Shown here: positions 48,812 to 59,278 of the stretch, one piece after another | Numbering within the stretch: position 1 is the first letter of the stretch | Layout of the letters: each line of letters opens with the position of its first letter | Source of the DNA: Acidobacteriota bacterium | GTDB lineage: Bacteria > Acidobacteriota > UBA890 > WLXD01 | Length of the DNA: 64,000 nt | Direction of reading: 5' to 3' | Assembly: GCA_963666215.2 (NCBI GenBank) | Contig: CAXWPL010000005.1 | Location: 1,280,001-1,344,000 of the forward strand | Program-made: the position numbers and the translations under genes | Notes under the pieces: model-generated | The model's database searches: none | What the model was told of the DNA's origin: nothing | The model's input: only the letters and a program-made list of their open reading frames with translations

Positions 48812-49821
48812 ACGGCGTCCTCCTCGTTGCAGGCGTCGGCATTGACGCCAAATATCGCGATCAGCTTTCCCGCACCCCACGTAGAGCGAGCTCACTCCTC
48901 GGCCGGCTTCACTATACGGGGAGGACCGTACCGGAAGGGCAGTTCGGCCTCCATGGCGACGGCCTGCTGCGAGAGGGCGACGGCGGTTTCCTCCTGCCCC
49001 TCATGGAGAGCGATGAGTGACTCTATCTCTTTGTGCAGGACCTGGACCGCCTCTGCATCGAGGATGATCTCGGGGTTCCCTTGTCCACCGACGTCGATCC
49101 GATCGGCCCAGCTTCTCGCCTGGTCGACGTTTCCTTGCTTCAGCGCCACGTAGGCCCGCGAGAACGGGTAGTGGGCGGCGGGAATGTCGACGCCGTCCGG
49201 CGGTGCTTTTTCTTCAGCCGACTCCCAATCCTCGGTGTCGAGGAGGTAGCGGGCGTACATCGCTCCGTAGTAGGCGCGCTCGCGGGCGAAGGGTTCTTCC
49301 CGCAGACGCTTCCACGCGCTGGCGAGAAGCTCTTCGGCCCTTTGTAGCTTTCCCTGTTGCAAGTAGCCGTACAGAAGCCAGTACACGTAGTGAGAGGCTT
49401 CACGGCTCCGCTCTCCGGGCCCATTGAGAACGGCGTACTCCAGCTCCTTCGCCCTTTCGTTTGCGCGCACCAGGTCATCCCACATGCCCAAAGCCGAGAA
49501 AATGTGAGAGGTCATGTGTTGGGCGTGGGGTGCGGCAGGTGCGATCTCCGAGTACGCACGCGCCATGGGTAGTCCGAGGACAGCGTGGACAGGGTCGTCG
49601 TAGGAGTGGATGAGGTAGTGCGCCGCACCCGGGTGCAAGCGATTCGCGTCCCAAACCTCGGTCAGCACCGCCGCTGCCTTGATGTAGGTCGCGTACTCCC
49701 GATTCGTCCGGGTGGGACTCGTGGAGATTCGAGCCGGCTCGGCACCCGCGTCACCAGCGGTTGCAGCAAGCAGCACGGCGACTATTTCAGCTACCCGAAG
49801 TGTCATAGAGCGTCGGTGCAT
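48812..49821 (-). pseudogene. TPR-like protein, internally deleted and 3'-truncated
   Basis: Signal-like N-terminus jumps to HPGAAHYLIHSYD...APHAQHMTSHIF; ends at the IS91 remnant. Confidence 0.6.
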
Positions 49822-50048
49822 CAATTCGGTTTCTCGCTTTCCGACTATCGAATCCGGTCTCAGTCGATCCCGTAGACGTAGTCTACTAGCGGTCTTGTCG
49901 CGAGCAGGGGACGGACCCACCAGCCGGTGGCACCCTTTCTAGTGGAAGGTGCCACGTCTGGGTTCGACTTCCTGGAGCCTTTTAGGAACACCCACTTCCC
50001 GAATCACAGACCTGCCCCAGAAAAAGCCTTGACTCTGTAGGTATGTAC

Positions 50049-50248
50049 TGGACCCGCCCGGGTTTGATGGACACCTGGTTTAGCCACCCATGGTGGCAGA
50101 AAAGTAGAGTAGGGACCAGCGTAGTGAGCCGGCGATAGCCGGCGAGGGAGCTGGTCCCTCATTCTCACGCGGCCTCCTGGAGCTGCTGCTCGAAGGTCGC
50201 CGGGCTGACATATCCCAACGTCGAATGGCGCCGGGACCGATTGTACAA
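50049..50248 (-). pseudogene. IS3-family 3' end remnant
   Basis: YNRSRRHSTLGYVSPATFEQQLQEAA stop, plus terminal IR ...TGTCCATCAAACCCGGGCGGGTCCA. Confidence 0.8.
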
Positions 50249-50578
50249 GTCCCGATCACAGTGATCACAGGACCGAGATTCGTCGGGTGCAGTACCGCTG
50301 GCATCCGCAATACGGGCAGGAAGTCGTTGTCCACGGCAAGAAGAAAGGCAGGGGCGGGGTCTATCGATGTCAAGTCAACGATGACGAGACGCGCGCGAAG
50401 CTCGAGATTCCCAAATGGATGTTTGATCGGGAGCTGTGCTCTCGGATGCAGGCAACGACTTCGCCCTACGTACGTTGGGAAGCACTTGTCGATTGTTGGC
50501 AATTACTCAGCGACACCCGTCAGCAGGAGGGTCCGGGCGCGATAGAAAATCGTCTTCCACCGACTACGGAGGGAAACG

Positions 50579-50767
50579 ATGCGACATCGACGCGCCCCAC
50601 GGGTTACCTACCAAGCCGAGCTCTTCGCGACCGAGACCGATCGGCCGAACTGGCGAGAGCTGCCCGCGACGACTCGCGAAGCGGTGATCTCTCTGCTGGC
50701 GCAGATCCTGACAGAGCAGAGCCCACCGTCATCGCCGAGCCTCGCAAAGGAGGGGAAGCATGAGTGA
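50579..50767 (+). CDS. Small accessory protein upstream of the serine recombinase
   Basis: QAELF...W.ELP..TREAVISLLAQIL; overlaps the recombinase start. Confidence 0.5.
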   Translation: MRHRRAPRVTYQAELFATETDRPNWRELPATTREAVISLLAQILTEQSPPSSPSLAKEGKHE

Positions 50768-52744
50768 GAAGCTCACGGTTCGCCATCTCGAGCGTCGGGC
50801 GCTGATCTATGTGCGCCAGTCGTCGCACCACCAGCTGGTGCACAACACCGAGAGCCGGCGTCTGCAGTACTCGATGGAGCAGCGCGTACGGGACCTGGGC
50901 TGGCAAGAGACCGAGGTCATCGATGAGGATCAAGGGCTTTCCGCGACATCGACACACGGTCGCACCGGGTTTCAGCGCTTGGTGGCCGAGGTTTGTCTAG
51001 GGCGGATCGGTGCCGTAGCAGCGATCGAGGTGTCCCGTTTCGCGCGCAATAACCGCGACTGGCATCAGTTGGTCGAGATGTGCGCCATGGTCGAAACGTT
51101 GCTCATCGATCACGACACGATCTACGATCCTCGTCGAGCGAACGATCGATTGCTGCTGGGTCTGAAAGGCACGATGAGCGAGTACGAGCTGGATCTTCTG
51201 CGCCAACGCTCGGTGGAGGCTCGGTGGGCCAAGGCCAAGCGCGGCGAGTTGGTGATCGAGGCCCCAGTGGGTTTCGTGAAGACCGCGGATCAACGCCTGG
51301 AGAAGGACCCTGACCTTCGCGTGCAGAAGGCCATCGAGCTCGTCTTCACCAAGTTCTTCGAGTTGGGGACCGCTCGGCAGGCCGGGCTGTGTTTCTCGAA
51401 AACGGTGTGGATCTACCCGCGAAACGGCGCGGCGTCGCGGGCTGGGAAACCTGGTGGAAGCGGCCGGCCTATCACGCCGTTATCAGCATCCTGAAAGAGC
51501 CGACCTACGCCGGTGCCTACGCCTACGGCCGTACGACGTCCAAGACCGAGCTCGTCGATGGATCCCTGCGCAAAAAAAAGGGTCGTGCGCAAGCCACTTG
51601 ACGAGTGGACGGTGTTGATCCCCGATCATCACGAGGGCTACATTGGGTGGGATCGGTTTCAGAAGGTCCAACAGATGCTCGATGACAATGTCGCTCAATT
51701 CCAGTCAGCTCGCCGTCGTGGGGCGCCGAAACGGGGAGCTGCACTGCTTGCAGGACTCTTGCGTTGCGGTCGTTGCGGTCGCAAGTTGATGGTCGGTTAC
51801 TCGGGTAAGAATGCCGCGGTCCCTCGGTACCTGTGCCATCGCGCCCGACTCGACCAGATGGCTCCGAAATGCATCTCCTTTGGCGGGCTGTCGGTGGACC
51901 AAGCCGTTGCGGAAGAGATTCTCAAGGTGGTGCGACCCTGCGCGGTCGAGGCTGCGAGGCTCGCGGTTTCGCAAGAGGCACTTCGACGCCAGGAGCGGAT
52001 CCAAGCTCTGTCCATGGAGTTGGAAGCAGCCCACTACGCGGCGGAGCTGGCCCGCCGTCGATACAACGCGATGGATCCCGACAATCGTCTCGTTGCGGGC
52101 GAGTTGGAGCGGCGCTGGGACGAGGCCTTGCAGAAGGTACGCGAGCTGGGAAGAAAGCTCGAGCAAGGATCCTCGGGCGAAGAATCGAGTGCACCGGACC
52201 CCCTCGATTTGGCAGATCTCGAGCTCGACCTCAACCGGGTGTGGAATGCGCCGGAAACGGACCCGCGTCTCAAGAAGCGTGTCCTCCGAGCTTTGATCGA
52301 AGAGATTGTCGTCGACATCGACGCTGCACAGAGTGAGGTCACCCTCGCCATTCATTGGAAGGGAGGGCTGCACAGCGAGCTGCGTATCCCACGGCGCCGC
52401 AGGGGCCAGAGCGCATCGCACACGAGTCCCGACGTGGTCGATGCGATCCGCGAGCTGGCTCGCATCTGCAAAGACCGCTTGATCGCCGGCTACCTCACCC
52501 GTAACGGCCTTCTCACCGCACGCGGGAATCGATGGTCTGCCCTGGCCGTGACCTCCTTGCGCAACAACCGTGGCATACCGGTGTACTCGCCCGCCATACG
52601 CCAGGCCGAAGGATGGATGAATCTGACCGCCGCGGCAGCCCATCTCGGTGTCGCGGCGAAGACGCTACGACGGGCTGCCGAGCGGGGCGATGTACCGGCG
52701 AAACACCCGCTCAAGGACGGTCCATGGGTCTTTAACTGCAGCGA
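50760..52744 (+). pseudogene. Large serine recombinase, frameshifted (about 51390 and about 51575) and truncated by IS5
   Basis: YVRQSS, IDED.G.S, EVSRFARN, recombinase domain YAGAYAYGR, Zn ribbon LRCGRCG...YLC, coiled coil. Confidence 0.9.
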
Positions 52745-53855
52745 GGCGTTGGTGCATGAATCGACTTTGGCCTCGACGGTAGCATCGGTTCGGATGCCGG
52801 TGATTCCGGAGATCGAGGGGGCAGCGCCATGACCGTACGCAAGTCGAGCCGAGTCAACCGCGAGTACAAGACAAAGTACAGAGTCAGGAGGAGGGAGTAC
52901 GAGCGTGGCCTCAGGAGCCGTGGCGATGTCACGATCTGGCTCAGCGAGGCGGCGATCGCCGCGTGGACACCACCGAAGAACGGTCTGCGCGGAGGCCAGC
53001 GACGGTACTCGAACCTCGCGATTCTGACCGCATTGACGCTGCGCGTCGTCTTCCGGCTGCCGCTACGCCAGACCGAGGGATTCCTGGACTCGCTGCTGAC
53101 CTTGATGGACCTCGAGCTCGAGACCCCTGACCACACCACACTCTCGCGCCGGAACCAGGACGTTGAGGTGCCGCCCCTGACCCCAGCCCACGACGGCCCG
53201 ATTCACCTGGTCGTCGACTCGACTGGGCTCAAGATCCTGGGTTCAGGCGAGTGGAATGTGCACAAGTACAAGACATCGAGAAGACGCAGGAACTGGCGGA
53301 AGCTCCACATCGGAGTGGATGACGAGGGCTTCATCGTGGCGGCTGAGCTCACGGCAAGCAGTGGGGACGACGCCTCCACGCTCCCTGCTCTCCTCGACCA
53401 GATCGAGGTTCCAATCCGGCGTTTCACGGCAGACGGGGCCTATGACCACAGGTCGATCTACGATCGGGTCGGGGCGGCCGGTACCGAGGACGTCATGATC
53501 GTGATCCCACTTCGTCGCTCCGCGGTGTCCGCTGCGCCCGCAGATGGCCCGTGGGCGCAGCGAGAAGCGGCTCTTCAGAGGATTCGCGAGGTCGGACGGC
53601 GAGAGTGGCAGAAGGAGTCGGGATACCGACAGCAGGCTCGCGTGGAGAACGGGTTCTTCCGATACAAGTCACTGCTTGGGGACAGCCTCAAGGCGAGGCA
53701 CAGGCAGGCGCAGACGAGAGAGGCGATGATGGGGTGTCACATCCTCAACCAGATGGCCGAGCTCGGAAGGCCACAGTCCTACGCAGTAGTCTCGTGAGGG
53801 AGGGGTCGGGAAAGCGGCCCCGACTCGCTCCCGGGTTGAATCGTGCAACAAAGCC
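52745..53855 (+). mobile_element. IS5-family (IS903-group) element
   Basis: IRs GGCGTTGGTGCATGA and TCGTGCAACAAAGCC. Confidence 0.9.
52829..53797 (+). CDS. IS5-family transposase
   Basis: PDHTTLSRR, VDSTGLK, WRKLHIGVD, ADGAYD, YRQQARVE. Confidence 0.93.
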   Translation: MTVRKSSRVNREYKTKYRVRRREYERGLRSRGDVTIWLSEAAIAAWTPPKNGLRGGQRRYSNLAILTALTLRVVFRLPLRQTEGFLDSLLTLMDLELETPDHTTLSRRNQDVEVPPLTPAHDGPIHLVVDSTGLKILGSGEWNVHKYKTSRRRRNWRKLHIGVDDEGFIVAAELTASSGDDASTLPALLDQIEVPIRRFTADGAYDHRSIYDRVGAAGTEDVMIVIPLRRSAVSAAPADGPWAQREAALQRIREVGRREWQKESGYRQQARVENGFFRYKSLLGDSLKARHRQAQTREAMMGCHILNQMAELGRPQSYAVVS

Positions 53856-54035
53856 CTGTCTTTCAGATAATAGATTGGCTCTGCCATTGCTGCTTGCTCC
53901 TGTCTGCGCGTGTCTCTTTTGCTCGCGCTTCTATTATCTCACGCCGATTACCGGTTCTTGGGTGTTATCGGCGGTCATAAAGTGCGGGATTCCGGCTGTG
54001 TAGTCGCGCTTTTGGTTTCATCCTTCGCGAGAATG

Positions 54036-54184
54036 GACCGGTACCTGCTGCGCTCCACTCACCACCGAGAACTACGAGAGCGTTCCTTCCTCGTTTGGCG
54101 ACAGGAGACGTGCGTCTGCTGAACTCGGTATCAAGGCTCGTCCGCGGCACAAGCTCGCACCGGCAGGATTAACTTGACAGTGCC
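54036..54184 (+). pseudogene. IS6-family 3' end remnant
   Basis: ...HRELRERSFLVWRQETCVC stop, then IR TTAACTTGACAGTGCC. Confidence 0.75.
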
Positions 54185-54604
54185 CTTTCGGCGGCCCTTC
54201 GCCTGCTGATCGCGTCTTTTATCAGGCACGTGGCCTACTCGATGGACTGGCCGCGTCGGGACGGTTTTTGGGCATCAGACCCTCGAGAGCATCGCGCTGC
54301 TTCCGCTGCTATCCGAGCGCATCGACCACATCCTGGCGTCGAAGGACCTTCTCGAAGGCTGGGAGGTGACCTCGGCCCGGGCGTTTCCACTCGGCGCCGG
54401 AGGGCCTGAAGAGAGAGTCTCTGACCACCCGGCGCTACTGGTCGAGCTTCACCGCCGAGCCCTGGAGCAACCGCCATCCGCGCCCCGCTAGCGCCCAGGG
54501 CGAAGACGGCGTCTGATACCATCACTGTTCTCGGTTGACAAGTGGATCGGCTTCGTAGGGCGGAAACCGCTTTTGGCCTATCGCCCTCACCAAGGAGAAA
54601 GCAC

Positions 54605-54952
54605 ATGGGCAAGAGAGTACTTATCGTGTCCCTCGTTCTCACCCTTATGTCCGGCCTGGCCGGTTTCGTCTTCGCTCTCGATCAGTGGAGTGGCGAGGGA
54701 GAGGTGGTCGAGATCAGCTGTCCCATGACAGACAACGCACGCGGGCCAGACCACGCCGCCTGCGCCAAGAAGTGCCTCAGCGGCGGATCCCAGATGGGTC
54801 TCCTGCTGGAGGATGGCACCATCGTCAAGCTGGTCGCCGGAGACGACGAGGCGCCCTACAAGAGCCTCATCGACCTCGCCGGTAAGCAGGCGAAGGTGAG
54901 CGGTAGTCAGGGCGACGACGTCGTCACTGTAGCTACGGCAGCCGCGGGCTAG
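54605..54952 (+). CDS. Small secreted Cys/His protein, putatively metal-binding
   Basis: AAGGAG RBS, signal peptide, GEVVEISC...HAACAKKC. Confidence 0.75.
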   Translation: MGKRVLIVSLVLTLMSGLAGFVFALDQWSGEGEVVEISCPMTDNARGPDHAACAKKCLSGGSQMGLLLEDGTIVKLVAGDDEAPYKSLIDLAGKQAKVSGSQGDDVVTVATAAAG

Positions 54953-55017
54953 AAGCCTGGGCCGCAGGCGACTGAGCCGCGCCCGCAGGGCGTTCGGCGG
55001 GAGACATGCCACGTACC

Positions 55018-55828
55018 GGTACTGTCAAGTTGAGAGTTGAGCTCATGGCTGGCAGAGTCGGCGGATGCACAACAGCGCACCCAGCTACTGCGGCCATCGG
55101 TTCCCACGCGAGATCATCAGCCACGCCGTCTGGCTGTACCATCGGTTCTGCCTGAGCTTCCGCGACGTCGAGGATCTCTTGGCGGAGCGCGGAATCGATG
55201 TCTCCTATGAGGCCATCCGTGAATGGTGCAGGAAATTCGGCTCCGAATACGCTCGCGGCCTGAAGCGGCGTCAGGGTCGTCTGGGTGACACTTGGTTCCT
55301 GGACGAGCTCTTGGTCTCGATCCAGGGCAGGAGGCAGTATCTTTGGCGTGCCGTGGACCAGGACGGCGACCTGATCGACATCCTCGTTCAGTCCCGCCGC
55401 GATCGGCGTGCCGCAGAACGCTTCTTCCGCAAGCTATTGAAGGGCCAAGGAGCCGAGCCACTGCGGCTGGTGACCGACAAGCTGAGGAGCTACGGGGCAG
55501 CCCACCGAACCACCATGCCTTCGGTCAGGCACGACACGAAGCAGTACGCGAACAATCGGGCTGAGGTGTCGCACCAGCCGACCCGACAGCGGGAGCGGCA
55601 GCTGCGGAGGTTCAAGTCTGCCGAACACGCGCAGCGATTCCTCTCTGTTCACGGGATCATCCTGAACCTGTTCCGTCTTGGCCGTCATCTCGCCAGCGCA
55701 CCCAACCATCGCACGCTGCGAGATCGTTCCCTCGGCGTCTGGCGGTAGGTGACGTGCGTCTGCTGAACGCGGACTCTGCCATCGACCGCGGCACCGACTC
55801 GCTCCGACAGCGCTAAGTTGACAATACC
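55018..55828 (+). mobile_element. IS6-family element
   Basis: IRs GGTACTGTCAAGTT and AAGTTGACAATACC. Confidence 0.92.
55065..55748 (+). CDS. IS6-family transposase (TAG six codons before the usual end)
   Basis: HRFPREII, W.LDE, YLWRAVD, TDKL, NNRAE.SH; the remnant copy at 54.1 kb has CAG where this copy has TAG. Confidence 0.92.
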   Translation: MHNSAPSYCGHRFPREIISHAVWLYHRFCLSFRDVEDLLAERGIDVSYEAIREWCRKFGSEYARGLKRRQGRLGDTWFLDELLVSIQGRRQYLWRAVDQDGDLIDILVQSRRDRRAAERFFRKLLKGQGAEPLRLVTDKLRSYGAAHRTTMPSVRHDTKQYANNRAEVSHQPTRQRERQLRRFKSAEHAQRFLSVHGIILNLFRLGRHLASAPNHRTLRDRSLGVWR

Positions 55829-55901
55829 GACGGTGTCCTTGCCAGTCGACATTCTTGCGCGTCAAGGCCGCGAGCTCGCCGCCCGCATCCGCAAGTCTTC
55901 G

Positions 55902-56648
55902 CTAACGCGGTAACAGACGACCGACGAACGACTCGGCGAAGGACCCAGGAGGCGACGGCGTCAGCTGCTCCGGGGCACAGATCTGTCGGATCGTGCCACC
56001 TTCGAGGATGGCTACCCGGTCGGCCAGGGCGCCGGCCTCGTCGGGATCGTGGGTGACCAGAAGCGTCGGCACCTGGCGCTCGGCAAGCAGCTCACGCACC
56101 AAACCGATGAGCTGTTCCTTCAGCGCGATGTCCAGACTCCCAAAAGGCTCGTCGAGCAGCAGAGCTGTTGGCTCGTAGACCAAAGCGCGCGCCAGAGCTA
56201 CCCGCTGACGCTCGCCTCCAGACAAGTCTCCAGGGTAGGCGCGACCTCGGTCGCCCAGGCCCACTCTTTCCAGCCACTCATCCACCAGCACCTGTCGATC
56301 GGACCTCTTGAAGCCTTTGGCCGAGAGCACGAACCCGAGATTGCGCGCGACGGTGAGGTGCGGCCACAGAGCCAGATCCTGAAAGACGACGGCGAGGTTC
56401 CTCTCCTCCGGAGGAACGAGAATCCGCGCGCCTCGGCTCACCTCGCGTCCCGCGATACGGACGACACCCTGGCGCGGCCGAGCTAGACCGAGCACGGCAC
56501 GCAAGAGAGTCGTCTTGCCAGTTCCCGAGGCTCCCGCCACCGCGACCACCTCGCCTTGCGCGACGGCGAGCGAGAGATCGTGGACGACGGCCCTAGTGCC
56601 GAATGCGAGCTCGAGGCCCTCGATCTGGAGAACGGTCGATTCTTTCAC
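55902..56648 (-). CDS. ABC transporter ATPase (FbpC/PotA-like)
   Basis: GASGTGKTT, FQDLALWPHL, LSGGERQR, LLDEPF; GTGA overlap with the permease. Confidence 0.9.
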   Translation of the reverse strand: MKESTVLQIEGLELAFGTRAVVHDLSLAVAQGEVVAVAGASGTGKTTLLRAVLGLARPRQGVVRIAGREVSRGARILVPPEERNLAVVFQDLALWPHLTVARNLGFVLSAKGFKRSDRQVLVDEWLERVGLGDRGRAYPGDLSGGERQRVALARALVYEPTALLLDEPFGSLDIALKEQLIGLVRELLAERQVPTLLVTHDPDEAGALADRVAILEGGTIRQICAPEQLTPSPPGSFAESFVGRLLPR

Positions 56649-58279
56649 CGGCGTCGAGCCCCCAACGACAGCAGCAGCGAGCCCACGGTCACCGCCCCGG
56701 CTACCAGCACCACTTGAACCAGCGCCAGTGCGGCCACGAGCCGCGGAGGTCCGTTGGCTTCGAGGGTAAAGAGGCGCACCGTTAGCGGCTCTGCGCCAGG
56801 CGGATAGAAGAGGATGACGGTATCGAGGTCTCGCATACAGAAGACAAGAGTGAGCAGAAAGGCCAGCGCCAACCCCCGCCAGTGGGGCCGTAGCACTAAC
56901 ATGACGAGCCGGCGCAAGAAAGACGCGCCGGCAACCTGGCCGGCCTCCTCCAGCTGCGGCGAAGACTGCGCGAACGCAACGGCCGAGGAGCGGACCGCCA
57001 GAATCGCGTACCGACCACAGCCGGCGATCACCAGAATCGCGGTCGTTGTATACACCCACTGAGTCGCCGGCCGGTTCCAGGCCGAGATCAACCCCACGCC
57101 GAGCACAGCCGACGGCATCACGAAAGCGAGAAAGAGACAGCCGTCCAAGATCGACGCAATCCTCGACCTCCGCACCAGGGCGTGCCCGACAACGCAAGCG
57201 ATCGCGGTGGCAGCGGCGGCCGCTATAAACGCCGTCGACAGGCTCGTCCAAAGACTGTCGCCCAACGCCAGCTTCTGCCCTGGCCGAATCGGGCCTACCA
57301 TCGCACGCCAGACCAGGCCCGCGAGCGGAGCCACCCCCGCTGCCGCCAATGCGAGCACGACCGCTGTCGCAAGGCTCCGCCAACGTCCCAGCTCTATCGG
57401 CTGTCGTGACTCGCGAAGGCCGAGCAGATCGAAGCGGCGCCGACCGAAGAGTCGGCGCTCGGCGACGACCAGGAGAAGACCGGCGACAAGCAGCGGCGTC
57501 GCCAGTGCGACCGCCTCGCCGGGGTTGAAGTCGATCCCCGCCAAGCGGGAAAACACGACTTCGCTGTAGGCGCGCGTGCCAAAAAACAGAGGCACCCCGA
57601 GCTCGGAGATGGCCAGCGAAAAGACGACGACAGAGGCGAGGGCGACGGCAGGCGCGGCGCCCGGGAGCAGGACCGAGCGGAACACGTGCAGCGGCCTAGC
57701 CACCACCAGAGCCGCCTCTTCGAGAGAAGGCTCGATGCCGCGCAGCGCAAACGCGGTCAGGGTGGTCACGATCGGCGCCAGCGCGAAGGTCAGCACCCAA
57801 GTCACGGCCGGCTCACCAGAGAGCGAACGACCGCCGATACCGGCGCCGGCCACACCGCTCAGATCGACGAGGTGAAACCAACCCAGTGCCAGTAGGAAAG
57901 GCGGCAGAAAGAGCGGGAAGGCATGGACCAGCCACAGTATGCGCCGCAGCGGAAGATCACTGCGGCCGAAAAGGCACCCCAGCGGGATGCCGACGGCCAG
58001 GGAAAGGAGGGTCACGAGGAGAGCTCGTGCTGCAGAGCGAAGAAAAAGCGCCCACAGATCCCACCGCTGAAGAAGGCTGAGACTGTCGACAGTAGACGAA
58101 GTCAGCTCGGCCACGAGGGCGAGAAGAGGCAGGGAGGCGACGAGCGCGACGCAGACCGTCGCGAGCACGAGCGCGCCGACTCGCTGGTAACGTCGCCAGC
58201 GTTCGTGCACGGCCGTGTGCAGCCAGCCGTGACCGACCCCAGCGCCAAGGCTCAGAGACCGACCCATTCGCGGAGCCAC
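56645..58279 (-). CDS. Fe3+-type ABC permease (FbpB-like, two domains); start uncertain
   Basis: About 12 TM helices with two EAA loops (SLEEAA, QLEEAG). Confidence 0.88.
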   Translation of the reverse strand: MAPRMGRSLSLGAGVGHGWLHTAVHERWRRYQRVGALVLATVCVALVASLPLLALVAELTSSTVDSLSLLQRWDLWALFLRSAARALLVTLLSLAVGIPLGCLFGRSDLPLRRILWLVHAFPLFLPPFLLALGWFHLVDLSGVAGAGIGGRSLSGEPAVTWVLTFALAPIVTTLTAFALRGIEPSLEEAALVVARPLHVFRSVLLPGAAPAVALASVVVFSLAISELGVPLFFGTRAYSEVVFSRLAGIDFNPGEAVALATPLLVAGLLLVVAERRLFGRRRFDLLGLRESRQPIELGRWRSLATAVVLALAAAGVAPLAGLVWRAMVGPIRPGQKLALGDSLWTSLSTAFIAAAAATAIACVVGHALVRRSRIASILDGCLFLAFVMPSAVLGVGLISAWNRPATQWVYTTTAILVIAGCGRYAILAVRSSAVAFAQSSPQLEEAGQVAGASFLRRLVMLVLRPHWRGLALAFLLTLVFCMRDLDTVILFYPPGAEPLTVRLFTLEANGPPRLVAALALVQVVLVAGAVTVGSLLLSLGARRR

Positions 58280-59274
58280 GGTTGCAAGCTCTCCATCATT
58301 TTCGCTACTTCGGCGTAGTCGACCTGCATCGCGTTCAGGCTCGACACCGCTGGTACCGAAGCAGGGGCCACCGTGTCGTCGCGGAGCGGCATGTGAGCGG
58401 CGCTCACTGCCAACAGACCTTCGCTTGTGGCAGAGAGAAGACAGTCGACGAGGCGTCTGCCCGCAGCAGGATGTGGCGCACCCGCGATCAGCACCACGGA
58501 GGTCGGCATCACCAGGGTTCCGATGCCGTCCTGGTCCGGATAGACAACCTCGACGGGATCACCTTCCGAGAGCGCGACGAACGCATCGTCGGTGTCAGTC
58601 AGTCCGAAAGCCACCTGCCCAGAAGCGACGAGACGTCTCACCTCACCGTTCGAGCTGGCAACGCGCACCTGGTTGTCCTGAAGGGCCTCGAGGAAGGCGC
58701 GTGCCTCATCTACGCCCCAGATCACCGCCAGCGCGGCGACGTGCATGGTGGTGGTGCCAAAGAGCGGATTGGCGATGGCGCTCTGCCCACGCCAGCGCGG
58801 ATCGGCAAGATCGCGGATCGAGTCGGGGCGATCCCACTCGGAGAGGAGCTCACGATTCACCAGCAAGACGCGGGCCCGCGCCGCGATGCCAGTCCAGGTT
58901 CCGTCCTCGGCGCGGAACCCCACCGGCACGGCAGCCGCCTCCGGAGAGACGTAGGGGTCGATGAGATCACGTTCGTCGAGCAGAAACGGCCGCACCGGGT
59001 CTCCGGACCAGAAGACGTCGGCCTGCGGATGGTCGGCCTCGGCGAGGAGACGATTGAGAATGCCGGTGCTCTTCGTCTCCTCGGTGTCGAAGACGCCCCT
59101 GACACGGAGCCCGAGGCGTTCCTCGCACGAGCGGAAGACGGGCTCGGAGAACACCTGATCGACTGAGGTGTAGACCACGACTTCGCCCTCGCCACTGCCA
59201 GAGCCACATGCGAGGGCGAAGACGGAAACTAGCGCGAAGCCGAGCAAGGCACAGTTGCTGACAGGTTTCCTCAT
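58252..59274 (-). CDS. ABC substrate-binding lipoprotein (FbpA/AfuA-like)
   Basis: Lipobox ALAC, VVVYTSVD, ADVFWS, ANPLFGTT, GLTDTDD. Confidence 0.88.
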   Translation of the reverse strand: MRKPVSNCALLGFALVSVFALACGSGSGEGEVVVYTSVDQVFSEPVFRSCEERLGLRVRGVFDTEETKSTGILNRLLAEADHPQADVFWSGDPVRPFLLDERDLIDPYVSPEAAAVPVGFRAEDGTWTGIAARARVLLVNRELLSEWDRPDSIRDLADPRWRGQSAIANPLFGTTTMHVAALAVIWGVDEARAFLEALQDNQVRVASSNGEVRRLVASGQVAFGLTDTDDAFVALSEGDPVEVVYPDQDGIGTLVMPTSVVLIAGAPHPAAGRRLVDCLLSATSEGLLAVSAAHMPLRDDTVAPASVPAVSSLNAMQVDYAEVAKMMESLQPWLREWVGL

Positions 59275-59278
59275 GGCA

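Noticed and set aside
49927-49980. tRNA-like or structured RNA (GTGGCACC hairpin + GGTTCGAC)
   Set aside because: No cloverleaf can be formed; only an isolated hairpin
39301-53855. Composite transposon bounded by the two IS5 copies
   Set aside because: The copies are diverged, one is truncated, and the outer flanks show no target duplication
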